From positions 24,645-88,644 of the forward strand of contig JAGAPC010000009.1 of NCBI GenBank assembly GCA_017623475.1: a DNA stretch of 64,000 bases, in the 5' to 3' direction. The notes under the pieces were generated by a model. The model was not told where the DNA came from. It did not search any database and was given only the letters and a program-made list of their open reading frames with translations. Shown piece by piece: positions 9,764 through 19,411 of this stretch. Source of the stretch: Clostridia bacterium (GTDB taxonomy: Bacteria; Bacillota; Clostridia; Oscillospirales; UBA644). Each line of letters opens with the position of its first letter. Position 1 is the first letter of the stretch. Made by a program: the position numbers and the translations under genes.

Positions 9764-9792
9764 TTGCTATTTTCACTTAAATGTGATATACT
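9764..9792 (+). promoter_or_regulatory. sigma70-like promoter of the MFS-GH2 operon
   Basis: TTGCTA (9764-9769), 17-nt spacer ending in TG, then TATACT (9787-9792). Confidence 0.5.
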
Positions 9793-9822
9793 GTAAGAAA
9801 GAAATTGAAATGAGGGTTGGTT

Positions 9823-11118
9823 ATGAGTAAAAACAGCCGAGCGAAATTTTTTGCGGCGCTGACGATTTTCAGTCTGACGGGACAAATTGCCTGGGTCGTG
9901 GAAAATATGTATTTCAACGTGTTTATCTACAAAATGTTCCACGCTTCGGCGGAACAGATTTCCATGATGGTTTCCGCCTCTGCCGTTGCGGCGACGGTAA
10001 CGACTCTTTTGATCGGGGCGTTATCGGATAAGCTGGGAAAACGGAAGGTTTTCATCTGCGGCGGCTACGTATTGTGGGGGATCTCTATTTTGGCGTTTTG
10101 TCTGGTACGGCAGGACGTGATCGGCGTCCTGTTCCCCATGGCTGCCTCTGCGGCTGCCGTGGGCATTACGCTGACGATCGTTTTGGATTGCGTGATGACC
10201 TTTTTCGGATCTTCCGCCAACGATGCCTGCTTCAACGCCTGGCTGACCGACGTGACCGACGACAGCAATCGGGGAACGGCGGAGGGAATCAACGCCATGA
10301 TGCCTTTGGTGGCGATTTTGGCAGTCTTCGGCGGATTTATGAGCTTTGACCTGAATCAATCCGAAAGCTGGACGACGATCTTTTTTATCATCGGAATTGC
10401 CGTGATTTTGATCGGTATTTTGGGGATTTTCCTTATCAAAGACCCGAAGATCAAGACGGCGGAAAATCAAAATTATTTCAAAAATATTTTTTACGGATTC
10501 CGCCCGACGATCATTCGGGAACACAAGGGACTTTACCTGTGTCTTATCGGCTTTGCGATTTTCGGGATCTCCATTCAAATCTTCATGCCCTATCTGATCC
10601 TGTATTACACCGTCACGTTACAGATGGAAAATTACGTTTTCATCATGGCGCCGGCAATCATTTTAGCGGCGGTATTTACTGCCCTGTGGGGACGGGTTTA
10701 CGATAAGATCGGATTCAAAAAATCCGTGATTCCCTCCCTGGCTCTTTTGGGGGCGGGATATCTTCTTTTGTTCTTCTTCCGGGGAACCGCGACGGTATTT
10801 TTAGGATCCCTTCTGATGATGTGCGGATATCTGTCGGGCATGGCGGTCTTCGGGGCAGTCATCCGGGATCAGACGCCGGAAAACCGGTCGGGGATGTTCC
10901 AGGGATTGCGCATCGTGGGACAGGTATTGATTCCCGGAATCATCGGTCCGATCATCGGATCTGCCGTGCTGAAAAACGCGGAAACCATCGTCAACGACGA
11001 CGGAACCACCTCCTTCGTACCGAATCAAAACATTTTTTTGGCGGCGTTGGGTGTGGCGATCCTTTTGGGCTTCTATTTGATCCCCCTGTTTTTATCCATG
11101 AGAAAGAAGGAAAAATAA
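9823..11118 (+). CDS. MFS transporter (probable glycoside/sugar importer)
   Basis: Many hydrophobic helices. MFS loop motif GALSDKLGKRK. Start at ATG 9823; the track start 9817 is TTG. Abuts the GH2 gene. Confidence 0.85.
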   Translation: MSKNSRAKFFAALTIFSLTGQIAWVVENMYFNVFIYKMFHASAEQISMMVSASAVAATVTTLLIGALSDKLGKRKVFICGGYVLWGISILAFCLVRQDVIGVLFPMAASAAAVGITLTIVLDCVMTFFGSSANDACFNAWLTDVTDDSNRGTAEGINAMMPLVAILAVFGGFMSFDLNQSESWTTIFFIIGIAVILIGILGIFLIKDPKIKTAENQNYFKNIFYGFRPTIIREHKGLYLCLIGFAIFGISIQIFMPYLILYYTVTLQMENYVFIMAPAIILAAVFTALWGRVYDKIGFKKSVIPSLALLGAGYLLLFFFRGTATVFLGSLLMMCGYLSGMAVFGAVIRDQTPENRSGMFQGLRIVGQVLIPGIIGPIIGSAVLKNAETIVNDDGTTSFVPNQNIFLAALGVAILLGFYLIPLFLSMRKKEK

Positions 11119-12807
11119 ATGAAAAAAGAGTCTTTCGCCACCCTCTATACGGCGGAGGGGGAAGCGTTGTCCGGACAACCGTGGACGATCTACCCCCGAC
11201 CTCAAATGAAGCGGAATTCCTTTTTCTGCCTAAACGGAGAATGGGATTTTTACGCCAACGGCGGAGAAAAGGAACGGATCTTGGTTCCCTTCCCTCCGGA
11301 GTCTGCGTTGTCGGGGATCGGACGGAGATTGGAGAAATTCCCCGGCGTAAAATACAGACGGAAATTCACGCTGCCCGAGGGCTTTGTCCGTGGCAGGGTT
11401 TTGCTGCATTTCGGCGCGGTGGATCAGACGGCGGCGGTGTTCCTAAACGGACACGAGGTGGGAACGCACGTAGGGGGTTACGACGCATTTTCCTTTGATA
11501 TTACGGAGTTTTTGCAGGACGAAAACGAATTGACCGTCGGTTGCATCGACGACTTGGAATCCCATATCCTCCCCTACGGAAAGCAAAGGGAAAAGCGAGG
11601 CGGAATGTGGTACACGCCGGTGACGGGGATCTGGCAGACCGTCTGGATCGAAAGCGTGCCGGAGCAGTACGTGAAATCGCTGAAAATCGACACCGGTAGA
11701 GATTACGTTCAAATCTCGGTCGATGGGGTTTGCGACGGCGTCGTGACGGTACAAACGCCCGACGGAGAAATCACGTCCCGGCTGGCAGATTCCACCGCCC
11801 GTCTGCAGATCCGAAATCCTCGGTTATGGTCGCCGGAGGATCCCTATTTGTACGAATTTAAAATTACGGCGGGAGAAGACGAAATTTCATCCTATTTTGC
11901 CTTGCGAACCCTGGAGATCAAAGAGGTGGACGGTCTCCCCCGGCTTTGCCTCAACGGAAAACCCTATTTCTTCCACGGTCTTTTGGATCAAGGGTACTAC
12001 AGCGACGGCATTTATACGCCGGCGTCTCCCGAAAACTACACGCGGGATATTGCGGAAATGAAGGCGTTGGGATTTAATACCCTGCGCAAGCATATCAAGG
12101 TGGAGCCGGAGCATTTTTACTGCGAATGTGACCGCTTGGGGATGATCGTGTTTCAGGATATGGTCAACAACGGAGATTACTCCTTTCTGCGGGATACCGC
12201 CCTGCCGACGGTGGGAATCAAAAAACTGTCGGATCGTTGGATGCACCGAGACAAAGCCACGCGGAAATGCTTCGAGGACGGAATGAACGCCACCGTAAAA
12301 CAACTGCAGAATCATCCTTGCATCTGTTATTGGACGATTTTCAACGAGGGATGGGGTCAATTCAACAGCGCGGAAATGTATGAAACGTTGAAAACACTGG
12401 ACTCCTCCCGATTCATTGACGCCACCTCCGGATGGTTTCAGGGAAGGAAAAGCGACGTGGAAAGCCTTCACGTTTATTTTAAGCCTGTGAAAATCAACCC
12501 GGGAGACAAGCCCGTGGTCCTTTCCGAATTCGGTGGGTATTCCTACCAACCCCAAGGACACGTTTTCCATCCGGGAAAGCCTTACGGTTACCGTTTTTTT
12601 GAAGATCGGAAAAAATTTGAAGACGCCTTGGTGGAATTGTACGAAAAAGAAATCATTCCTGCTCTGTCCCGGGGGCTTTGCGGAGCGATCTATACCCAGG
12701 TTTCCGACGTGGAAGACGAAACCAACGGACTGTTGTCCTACGATCGGAAGGTTTTGAAGGTCTCCCCCGAGGTCATGAATAAAATTGCAGAAAAGTTGAA
12801 ATTGTAA
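11119..12807 (+). CDS. glycoside hydrolase family 2 (beta-galactosidase/beta-glucuronidase-type)
   Basis: GH2 sugar-binding pattern LHFGAVDQTAAVFLNGHEVGTHVGGYDAFSFDIT. TIM-barrel acid/base region WTIFNEGWG. Confidence 0.8.
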   Translation: MKKESFATLYTAEGEALSGQPWTIYPRPQMKRNSFFCLNGEWDFYANGGEKERILVPFPPESALSGIGRRLEKFPGVKYRRKFTLPEGFVRGRVLLHFGAVDQTAAVFLNGHEVGTHVGGYDAFSFDITEFLQDENELTVGCIDDLESHILPYGKQREKRGGMWYTPVTGIWQTVWIESVPEQYVKSLKIDTGRDYVQISVDGVCDGVVTVQTPDGEITSRLADSTARLQIRNPRLWSPEDPYLYEFKITAGEDEISSYFALRTLEIKEVDGLPRLCLNGKPYFFHGLLDQGYYSDGIYTPASPENYTRDIAEMKALGFNTLRKHIKVEPEHFYCECDRLGMIVFQDMVNNGDYSFLRDTALPTVGIKKLSDRWMHRDKATRKCFEDGMNATVKQLQNHPCICYWTIFNEGWGQFNSAEMYETLKTLDSSRFIDATSGWFQGRKSDVESLHVYFKPVKINPGDKPVVLSEFGGYSYQPQGHVFHPGKPYGYRFFEDRKKFEDALVELYEKEIIPALSRGLCGAIYTQVSDVEDETNGLLSYDRKVLKVSPEVMNKIAEKLKL

Positions 12808-12819
12808 CGAGGTAAAACC

Positions 12820-13293
12820 ATGAATAAAACCAACGCCATGCGGATGCTGGATAAGGCGAAGATCTCCTACGAGCCGAAGGAATATATCCCCGACGAAAAC
12901 GATTTAAGCGGGATTCATATTGCTCGACAGATCGGTCTTCCGGCAGGACAATGCTTTAAGACCATCGTAACGAGAGGAGACAAAACCGGTCCCGTAGTCT
13001 TTTGCATCCCCGCCGATCGGGAAATCGATCTGAAAAAGGCGGCGAAGATCACCGGAAACAAAAAGATCGAACCGTTGCACGTGAAGGATCTGCCGGGATT
13101 GACCGGCTACGTCCGGGGAGCCTGCTCTCCCCTCGGCATGAAAAAGAAATTTCCCACCTACATCGACCGTGCCTGTCGGGATTTTGAAAAGATCACCGTC
13201 AGCGCCGGGATCAAGGGGTGTCAATTATTGATCAAAAGCGATGAGATCGTGGCTTGCGTCGGGGCTGAGGTGTGCGATTTGACGCAGGAATAA
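12820..13293 (+). CDS. ybaK: Cys-tRNA(Pro)/Cys-tRNA(Cys) deacylase YbaK
   Basis: MNKTNAMRMLDKAKISYEPKEY..FKTIVTRGDKTGPVVFCIPADREIDLKKAA..GACSPLGMKK fits the YbaK/EbsC family. Confidence 0.85.
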   Translation: MNKTNAMRMLDKAKISYEPKEYIPDENDLSGIHIARQIGLPAGQCFKTIVTRGDKTGPVVFCIPADREIDLKKAAKITGNKKIEPLHVKDLPGLTGYVRGACSPLGMKKKFPTYIDRACRDFEKITVSAGIKGCQLLIKSDEIVACVGAEVCDLTQE

Positions 13294-13311
13294 AAAAAAC
13301 CGCCGCCGCAC

Positions 13312-13340
13312 TTGACAAATGGGAAAAAGCGTGCTATAAT
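13312..13340 (+). promoter_or_regulatory. promoter of the ileS leader
   Basis: TTGACA (13312-13317), 17 nt, TATAAT (13335-13340). Confidence 0.7.
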
Positions 13341-13346
13341 ATATAA

Positions 13347-13620
13347 TATCTGTAAATAAACTGAAAACTAAACCGAAAAGCTGTGACGAAGACAGTAGTT
13401 TCACGAAGAAACGCAAAGCGAGCCGGGGACGGTGTAAGCCCGGTGCGGAGTACCGTGAAATGAAGATCCCTTCCGAGCTGCGTGCCCAACGGGCGTATAG
13501 CCTCAGTAAGTTCCGCCGGAATCCCGCCGTAAAGGGGAAGCATATGAACGTATGTAAAATGGGTGGTTAAGCGAAGTAACCCTTCGTCCCGTTGCTACGG
13601 GGCGAAGGGATTTTTGTTTT
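13347..13620 (+). promoter_or_regulatory. T-box riboswitch leader (Ile)
   Basis: GA/K-turn-like TGACGAAGACAGTAG. AG-bulge and distal loop AGCGAGCCGGGGACGGTGTAAGCCCGG. Candidate specifier ATC at 13466-13468. T-box sequence AAATGGGTGGTTAAGCG (13557-13573) with a UGGU bulge. Terminator stem 13580-13591/13598-13609 followed by TTTTT. Confidence 0.85.
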
Positions 13621-13653
13621 TCGGATAGGTTTCGGAAGCATGGAGGAATTGTG

Positions 13654-16600
13654 ATGTACGAAAAAGTTTCGGGCGATCTGAATTTCGTGGATCGGGAAAA
13701 GAAAATCGAAGAATTCTGGGCAAAGAACCAAATCTTTGAAAAGAGCGTGGATCAGCGGAAGGACGGAGAATATTTCACCTTCTACGACGGCCCGCCCACC
13801 GCAAACGGAAAGCCCCATATCGGGCACGTTCTGACCCGGGTAATCAAGGATACCATTCCCCGCTACAAGGCGATGAAGGGGCATTATACCGTTCGGAAGG
13901 CAGGTTGGGATACCCACGGTCTTCCCGTCGAGCTGGAAGTGGAAAAGAAGCTGGGGCTGGACGGCAAGGAGCAGATCGAGGAATACGGTCTGGAGCCCTT
14001 TATCAAGGAATGTAAGGAAAGCGTTTGGAAATATAAGGGAATGTGGGAGGATTTCTCCGATACCGTCGGTTATTGGGCGGATATGAAGGATCCCTACGTC
14101 ACCTACGACAACGATTTTATTGAATCCGAATGGTGGGCTTTGAAGCAGATCTGGGACAAGGGGCTTTTGTACAAGGGCTTCAAGATCGTTCCCTACTGCC
14201 CCCGCTGCGGAACGCCCCTGTCCAGCCACGAGGTTGCCCAGGGATATAAAACCGTAAAGGAACGCTCCGCCGTCGTCCGCTTCAAGGTGGTCGGCGAGGA
14301 CGCCTATTTCCTGGCGTGGACCACCACTCCCTGGACGCTGCCCTCCAACGTGGCGCTGTGCGTCAATCCCGACGACACCTACTGCAAGGTCAAGGCTGCC
14401 GACGGTTATACCTACTATATGGCACAAGCCCTGCTGGATTCGGTGCTTGGAAAGCTTGCGGAGGAAGGAAAGCCTGCCTACGAGATCCTGGAGACCTACG
14501 TCGGAAAGGATCTGGAATACAAGGAATACGAGCCTCTCTTTGCCTGTGCCGCCGCCGTTGTGGAAAAGCAGCACAAGAAGGGTCATTATATTACCTGTGA
14601 CGGCTACGTTACCATGGCGGACGGTACGGGGATCGTCCACATCGCCCCTGCCTTCGGGGAAGACGACGCCAAGGTGGGCCGCAAATACGATCTGCCCTTC
14701 GTTCAATTCGTGGACGGCGCCGGCAACATGACCGAAGACACCCCCTACGCCGGGAAGTTCGTCAAGGACGCCGATCCTTTGGTTTTGGTCGATCTTGAAA
14801 AAGAAGGAAAGCTCTTTGACGCACCCAAATTCGAGCACGAATATCCCTTCTGCTGGCGCTGTGATACGCCGTTGATCTATTACGCACGGGAATCCTGGTT
14901 CATCAAGATGACCGCGGTAAAAGAGGATCTTTTGAAGAACAACGCCACCATCAACTGGATGCCCGAAAATATCGGAACCGGACGCTTCGGCGATTGGCTG
15001 AAAAACGTTCAGGATTGGGGCATCAGCCGAAACCGTTATTGGGGAACTCCCTTGAATATCTGGCAATGCGACTGCGGGCATCAGCACGCAATCGGCTCCA
15101 TCGAGGAACTGAAATCCATGTCGGACAACTGCCCCGACAACGTGGAATTACACCGTCCCTATATTGACGCCGTTACCATCAAATGTCCCCATTGCGGAAA
15201 GGAAATGCGTCGGGTTCCGGAGGTCATTGACTGCTGGTTTGACTCGGGGGCGATGCCCTTTGCTCAATGGCACTATCCCTTTGAAAATCAAGACGTTTTT
15301 GAAAAGACCTTCCCTGCAGACTTCATCAGCGAAGGGGTGGATCAGACCCGCGGATGGTTCTATTCTCTTCTCGCGATCTCAACCCTTTTGTTCAACAAAG
15401 CGCCCTATAAGAACGTCATCGTCCTCGGTCACGTTCAAGACGCGGACGGACAGAAAATGTCCAAATCCAAGGGCAACGCCGTCGATCCCTTCGATGCGTT
15501 GAATCAGCACGGCGCGGACGCCATTCGGTGGTATTTCTATTCCAACTCCGCCCCCTGGCTTCCCAACCGCTACCATCACACCGCCGTTACCGAGGGACAG
15601 CGGAAATTTATGGGAACTCTTTGGAATACCTACGCCTTCTTCGTTCTTTACGCCAACATCGACGGCTTTGACGCGACGAAATACACCTTGGACTACGACA
15701 AGCTGAACGTCATGGATAAGTGGATGATTTCCAAGTTGAATACGCTGATCCGCACCGTTGACGATGATATGAATAACTACAAGATCACGGAGGTTTCCCG
15801 GGTAATGCAGTCCTTCGTGGACGATATGAGTAACTGGTACGTCCGCCGCAGTCGGGAACGGTTCTGGGCAAAGGGTATGGAGCAGGATAAGATCAACGCT
15901 TATATGACCCTGTACACCGTCCTCGTCACCTTCTGCAAATTGGCGGCGCCGTTGGTTCCCTTCGTCACCGAGGATATTTATCAGAATCTGGTCAGAAGCA
16001 TTGACAAAAACGCCCCCGAAAGCGTTCATCTGTGCGAATATCCCGTGGCAAACGACGCTTGGATCAATCCCGATATGGAAGCGGAAATGGACGAGGTTTT
16101 GCAGGTTGTCACCCTGGGTAGAAACTGCCGCAATACCGCGAACATCAAGAACCGCCAGCCCATCGCCGCCATGTACGTCAAGGCGGATCGGGAATTGGGC
16201 AAAGAATACAAAGCCATCGTTGCCGACGAATTGAACGTTCGGGAAGTGAAGATTGCGGAAAGCGTAAAGCAATTCCTTTCCTATTCCTTCAAGCCCCAGC
16301 TGAAGACCGTCGGTCCGAAATACGGAAAATATCTCAACGCCATCCGCACTGCCCTGTCTGAGCTGAACGGCTCTGCCGCCATGGACGAATTGGAGGCGAA
16401 CGATTGCCTGAAATTGAATCTGGAAGGTACGGAAATCGTTCTGACGCGGGAAGATCTTTTGATCGAATCTGCGCAGACGGAGGGATACGAATCCTGCACC
16501 GATAACGGCGTTACGGTGGTTTTGGACACGACCCTGACCCCCGAGCTGATCGAAGAGGGCTTCGTTCGGGAAATCATCAGCAAGATTCAGACCATGCGGA

Positions 16601-16809
16601 AGGAATCGGGCTTTGAGGTGACCGACCATATTGCCGTTTACACCTACGGAAACGACAAGATTGCGGAATTGTTCCGCAACAACGAAGCGGTCATCAAGGG
16701 AGAGGTTCTGGCTCAAGCCGTAGAATATACCGAGCCGACCGAAGAAGAACACGCAAAGGCGTGGAACATCAACGGCGAGAAGGTTACCCTTGGCGTCAAA
16801 GTAATCTAA
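13654..16809 (+). CDS. ileS: isoleucine--tRNA ligase
   Basis: HIGH motif (GKPHIGHVLT) and KMSKS motif (QKMSKSKGN). 1051 aa. ATG 13654 with GGAGG 7 nt upstream; the track start is GTG 13651. Confidence 0.95.
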   Translation: MYEKVSGDLNFVDREKKIEEFWAKNQIFEKSVDQRKDGEYFTFYDGPPTANGKPHIGHVLTRVIKDTIPRYKAMKGHYTVRKAGWDTHGLPVELEVEKKLGLDGKEQIEEYGLEPFIKECKESVWKYKGMWEDFSDTVGYWADMKDPYVTYDNDFIESEWWALKQIWDKGLLYKGFKIVPYCPRCGTPLSSHEVAQGYKTVKERSAVVRFKVVGEDAYFLAWTTTPWTLPSNVALCVNPDDTYCKVKAADGYTYYMAQALLDSVLGKLAEEGKPAYEILETYVGKDLEYKEYEPLFACAAAVVEKQHKKGHYITCDGYVTMADGTGIVHIAPAFGEDDAKVGRKYDLPFVQFVDGAGNMTEDTPYAGKFVKDADPLVLVDLEKEGKLFDAPKFEHEYPFCWRCDTPLIYYARESWFIKMTAVKEDLLKNNATINWMPENIGTGRFGDWLKNVQDWGISRNRYWGTPLNIWQCDCGHQHAIGSIEELKSMSDNCPDNVELHRPYIDAVTIKCPHCGKEMRRVPEVIDCWFDSGAMPFAQWHYPFENQDVFEKTFPADFISEGVDQTRGWFYSLLAISTLLFNKAPYKNVIVLGHVQDADGQKMSKSKGNAVDPFDALNQHGADAIRWYFYSNSAPWLPNRYHHTAVTEGQRKFMGTLWNTYAFFVLYANIDGFDATKYTLDYDKLNVMDKWMISKLNTLIRTVDDDMNNYKITEVSRVMQSFVDDMSNWYVRRSRERFWAKGMEQDKINAYMTLYTVLVTFCKLAAPLVPFVTEDIYQNLVRSIDKNAPESVHLCEYPVANDAWINPDMEAEMDEVLQVVTLGRNCRNTANIKNRQPIAAMYVKADRELGKEYKAIVADELNVREVKIAESVKQFLSYSFKPQLKTVGPKYGKYLNAIRTALSELNGSAAMDELEANDCLKLNLEGTEIVLTREDLLIESAQTEGYESCTDNGVTVVLDTTLTPELIEEGFVREIISKIQTMRKESGFEVTDHIAVYTYGNDKIAELFRNNEAVIKGEVLAQAVEYTEPTEEEHAKAWNINGEKVTLGVKVI

Positions 16810-16817
16810 AAATACGT

Positions 16818-16843
16818 CTCCCCCGGTCTTTCGATCGGGGGAG
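16818..16843 (+). other. GC-rich stem-loop after ileS without a U-tract
   Basis: CTCCCCCGGTC (16818-16828) pairs with GATCGGGGGAG (16833-16843). It is followed by CATTCC rather than a T-run. Confidence 0.5.
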
Positions 16844-16865
16844 CATTCCAAAAGGAACGTAGATC

Positions 16866-17846
16866 ATGCCGAAATCAAGAAATCAAAAATTAAAGCTTCC
16901 TTGCCTGATTGAAATTCTGAAGAATAAAACCGACGAGGAGCACGGATTAAGCGCCGAGGAGCTGATTCAAGAGCTGGCGCGGTACGATATCTCCGCGGAA
17001 CGGAAAAGCATTTACGACGATATCCGCTTACTGCAGGACTTCTTCGGGATGTCCATCGAGCACGACAAAGCCCGCGGATATCGGCTCACGGAACGGGAAT
17101 TGGATTTGCCGGAATTAAAAATGCTGGTCGATGCGGTGCAGTCCTGCCGATTTATTTCCGTATCGAAAAGCGATGATCTGATCCGGAAATTAAAGGGATT
17201 GACCAGCGAACACCGGGCGCGGGAGCTGCAACGTCAGGTAACGGTAAAAAACCGCATAAAATCCATGAACAATATCACTATATATTCCATCGACACCATT
17301 CACAACGCCATTTTACACGATCGGCAAATTACCTTTCAATATTGGGGCTGGACGGCACGCAAGGAGCAGCTGCCCCGACACGGCGGAAAGCAGTATTGCA
17401 TCTCTCCCTGGATGCTTTTGTGGGATGACGAATACTATTATCTGATTGCCTACGACGGGGAAGCGCGGGAAATCCGCCATTACCGTGTCGATCGGATGCG
17501 GACGGTAAACGAAACGGACAAGAAGCGCGAGGGGCGGGCGGAGTTCGAGAAAATTGATATTTCCGAATACTCCTTCGGCGTCTTCGGAATGTTCGGCGGA
17601 CAAACGACCCACGTTACCTTCCGTTGCAAAAGCTCCATGGCGGACGTGGTTCTCGACCGATTCGGAAAGGACGTGATGCTCATCCCCGAAGAGGACGGAT
17701 TTAAATTCCATGCGGACATCAACGTTTCCCCTCAATTTTTCGGTTGGGTCGCATCCTTCGGAGACAGTATCAAAATCATCTCTCCGGCAGATACCGCAGA
17801 AGAATTTAAGAAGCATCTTACCGAATCGCTGAAGCAATACGAATAA
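16866..17846 (+). CDS. wHTH-WYL-WCX transcriptional regulator
   Basis: N-terminal HTH (LPCLIEILKNKTDEEHGLSAEELIQELA..IYDDIRLLQ). WYL core (ITFQYWGW..YCISPWMLLWDDEYYYLIAYDGEAREIRHYRVDRM). A C-terminal extension of about 90 aa. Confidence 0.8.
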   Translation: MPKSRNQKLKLPCLIEILKNKTDEEHGLSAEELIQELARYDISAERKSIYDDIRLLQDFFGMSIEHDKARGYRLTERELDLPELKMLVDAVQSCRFISVSKSDDLIRKLKGLTSEHRARELQRQVTVKNRIKSMNNITIYSIDTIHNAILHDRQITFQYWGWTARKEQLPRHGGKQYCISPWMLLWDDEYYYLIAYDGEAREIRHYRVDRMRTVNETDKKREGRAEFEKIDISEYSFGVFGMFGGQTTHVTFRCKSSMADVVLDRFGKDVMLIPEEDGFKFHADINVSPQFFGWVASFGDSIKIISPADTAEEFKKHLTESLKQYE

Positions 17847-17853
17847 AAAAATA

Positions 17854-17883
17854 CCGGGAGACACGAAAAACCGTGCCTCCCGG
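17854..17883. terminator. bidirectional terminator between the WYL gene and hslO
   Basis: CCGGGAGACACG pairs with CGTGCCTCCCGG (one mismatch). An A-run lies upstream, which is a T-run for the minus strand. Confidence 0.75.
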
Positions 17884-17895
17884 CAATTTATCGAA

Positions 17896-18609
17896 TTACA
17901 GTTCAAAGGTATATTTCTTCCCGCAGGCGTTGCAATAGGTGACGATTTTTCCGTCTTCTGCCAGGTCTGCCCGATCCTCGGGGGACATGGCGGAGACGAA
18001 ACGCATCAGAGAAGCCCTGGAACAGGTACAACCGAAGCGCAGAGGGGTGCTTTCAAGGAATTCAAAGCCTTCGGGAATTTGGTTTTGGGGGAAGGTTTTT
18101 TCCGCCTCGCCGCAAAGCCCCTGCAGGTCGCAGGATTCTCCGGGCAGCTGCTCCGCAACGATACAGAAAAAGGTATCGTTATCTTCAAACACGCTGCAAG
18201 AGGCGGCAATTTGCAGGGATTGGGAAAAATAAGAGCGTACCAATCCCTCCAGCCCCTTGCCGGTAACCATGCCGGTATAATTCCCCCGCAAGTGCAGTTG
18301 CAGGGTCACTTCCAGGGTGTCTTCTGCGCCGTCGCAGGTCTCCTCCTTCCGTCCGCGGACGATGCCCTCCTTGTCGGCGGTGGCAGAATAGGTGCCGATC
18401 CCGGGAAGGGATAGACGGGCGGTGACCGAGGCGCGATCGTCCTTCTGCAACGCGGCGATGCAACAGGCGAAGGCTTCCAATTTGCCTAACGTGGAACGGT
18501 CTTCCCCGTCAAGATGGTTCAGCTGCGCCGATTGGGTTACCGCATCCGAGAGAGAAATGCAGAAAATCCGCGCGTTTTGGGACATATATTTGGATGCTTG
18601 TTCGATCAT
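17896..18609 (-). CDS. hslO: Hsp33-family redox chaperone (divergent, short)
   Basis: C-terminal zinc centre CxC..CxxC (FGCTCSRAS..VTYCNACGKKYTF). The N-terminal domain is only weakly Hsp33-like. Confidence 0.65.
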   Translation of the reverse strand: MIEQASKYMSQNARIFCISLSDAVTQSAQLNHLDGEDRSTLGKLEAFACCIAALQKDDRASVTARLSLPGIGTYSATADKEGIVRGRKEETCDGAEDTLEVTLQLHLRGNYTGMVTGKGLEGLVRSYFSQSLQIAASCSVFEDNDTFFCIVAEQLPGESCDLQGLCGEAEKTFPQNQIPEGFEFLESTPLRFGCTCSRASLMRFVSAMSPEDRADLAEDGKIVTYCNACGKKYTFEL

Positions 18610-19301
18610 AAAGGTCTCCTTACGATGATGATTTTACGTCCCCGATAGGGAATCGTTCTGACCGGATGAAAGCCGACGGATTGCAGATAAGAGCGCAATT
18701 CCGACGGATCGTACCAGCGCTCCCATATTTCCTCCTCTGCCCGACGGTAGGTATCAGCGTCGGGGCGGAATACGGTCAGCCGTTGACAGGCGTAAGTACC
18801 GTCGAAGGATTTTTGGAGAACCAGGGTGGCGCCGTCTTCTTCGTCAATTTGAGGAGTAGTATCGGAAAATTGCTTTTTGTCCTTTAAGTCAAAAATAAAA
18901 TAGCCGCCCGGCTCGGTAAAGTGATAGATCCGCCGAAAAAAGGCTTTCACTTGCCGCTTTTCCAAAAGATGGTTGACCGTATCCATGGAAGAAAATACTC
19001 CGTGATACGCTCCGTACAGGTCGATTTCGGGAAGAGATTGACACATCAGATGAGGGGAGTATCCGGCGTCGGAGAGCTTTTCAAAGGCAATATCGAGCAT
19101 TTCGGGAGAAGCATCGACCCCGCTGCAATCAAAGCCCCGGCGGAACAATTCCAACATCAAACTTCCGGTTCCGCACCCGCAATCGAGGGCAAGGGGGGTG
19201 TCGGGCAGATCGAGATAAGGCAGAATACGGGAAAGGTAATCGCCGTAATCAAAGCCGGAATTGAAGCGGTCGTAATCCCTGGCAACGGTATCGTAATCCA
19301 T
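18606..19301 (-). CDS. class I SAM-dependent methyltransferase
   Basis: Motif I LALDCGCGTGSL. ATGA overlap with hslO. Confidence 0.8.
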   Translation of the reverse strand: MDYDTVARDYDRFNSGFDYGDYLSRILPYLDLPDTPLALDCGCGTGSLMLELFRRGFDCSGVDASPEMLDIAFEKLSDAGYSPHLMCQSLPEIDLYGAYHGVFSSMDTVNHLLEKRQVKAFFRRIYHFTEPGGYFIFDLKDKKQFSDTTPQIDEEDGATLVLQKSFDGTYACQRLTVFRPDADTYRRAEEEIWERWYDPSELRSYLQSVGFHPVRTIPYRGRKIIIVRRPL

Positions 19302-19411
19302 AAAAATCTCCTATTTTATCAAAATGTAACAGTTTTTTCAAAAAACGCTCTTTTCATTCGGGAGCAGATATGTTATAATAAGAATATACACAACATTCGG
19401 GAGTTTGGAAC

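Noticed and set aside
13567-16851. Two long minus-strand ORFs (506 aa and 490 aa) antisense to ileS and its T-box
   Set aside because: Same shadow-ORF signature. The first would have to start inside the T-box terminator. No motifs and no RBS.
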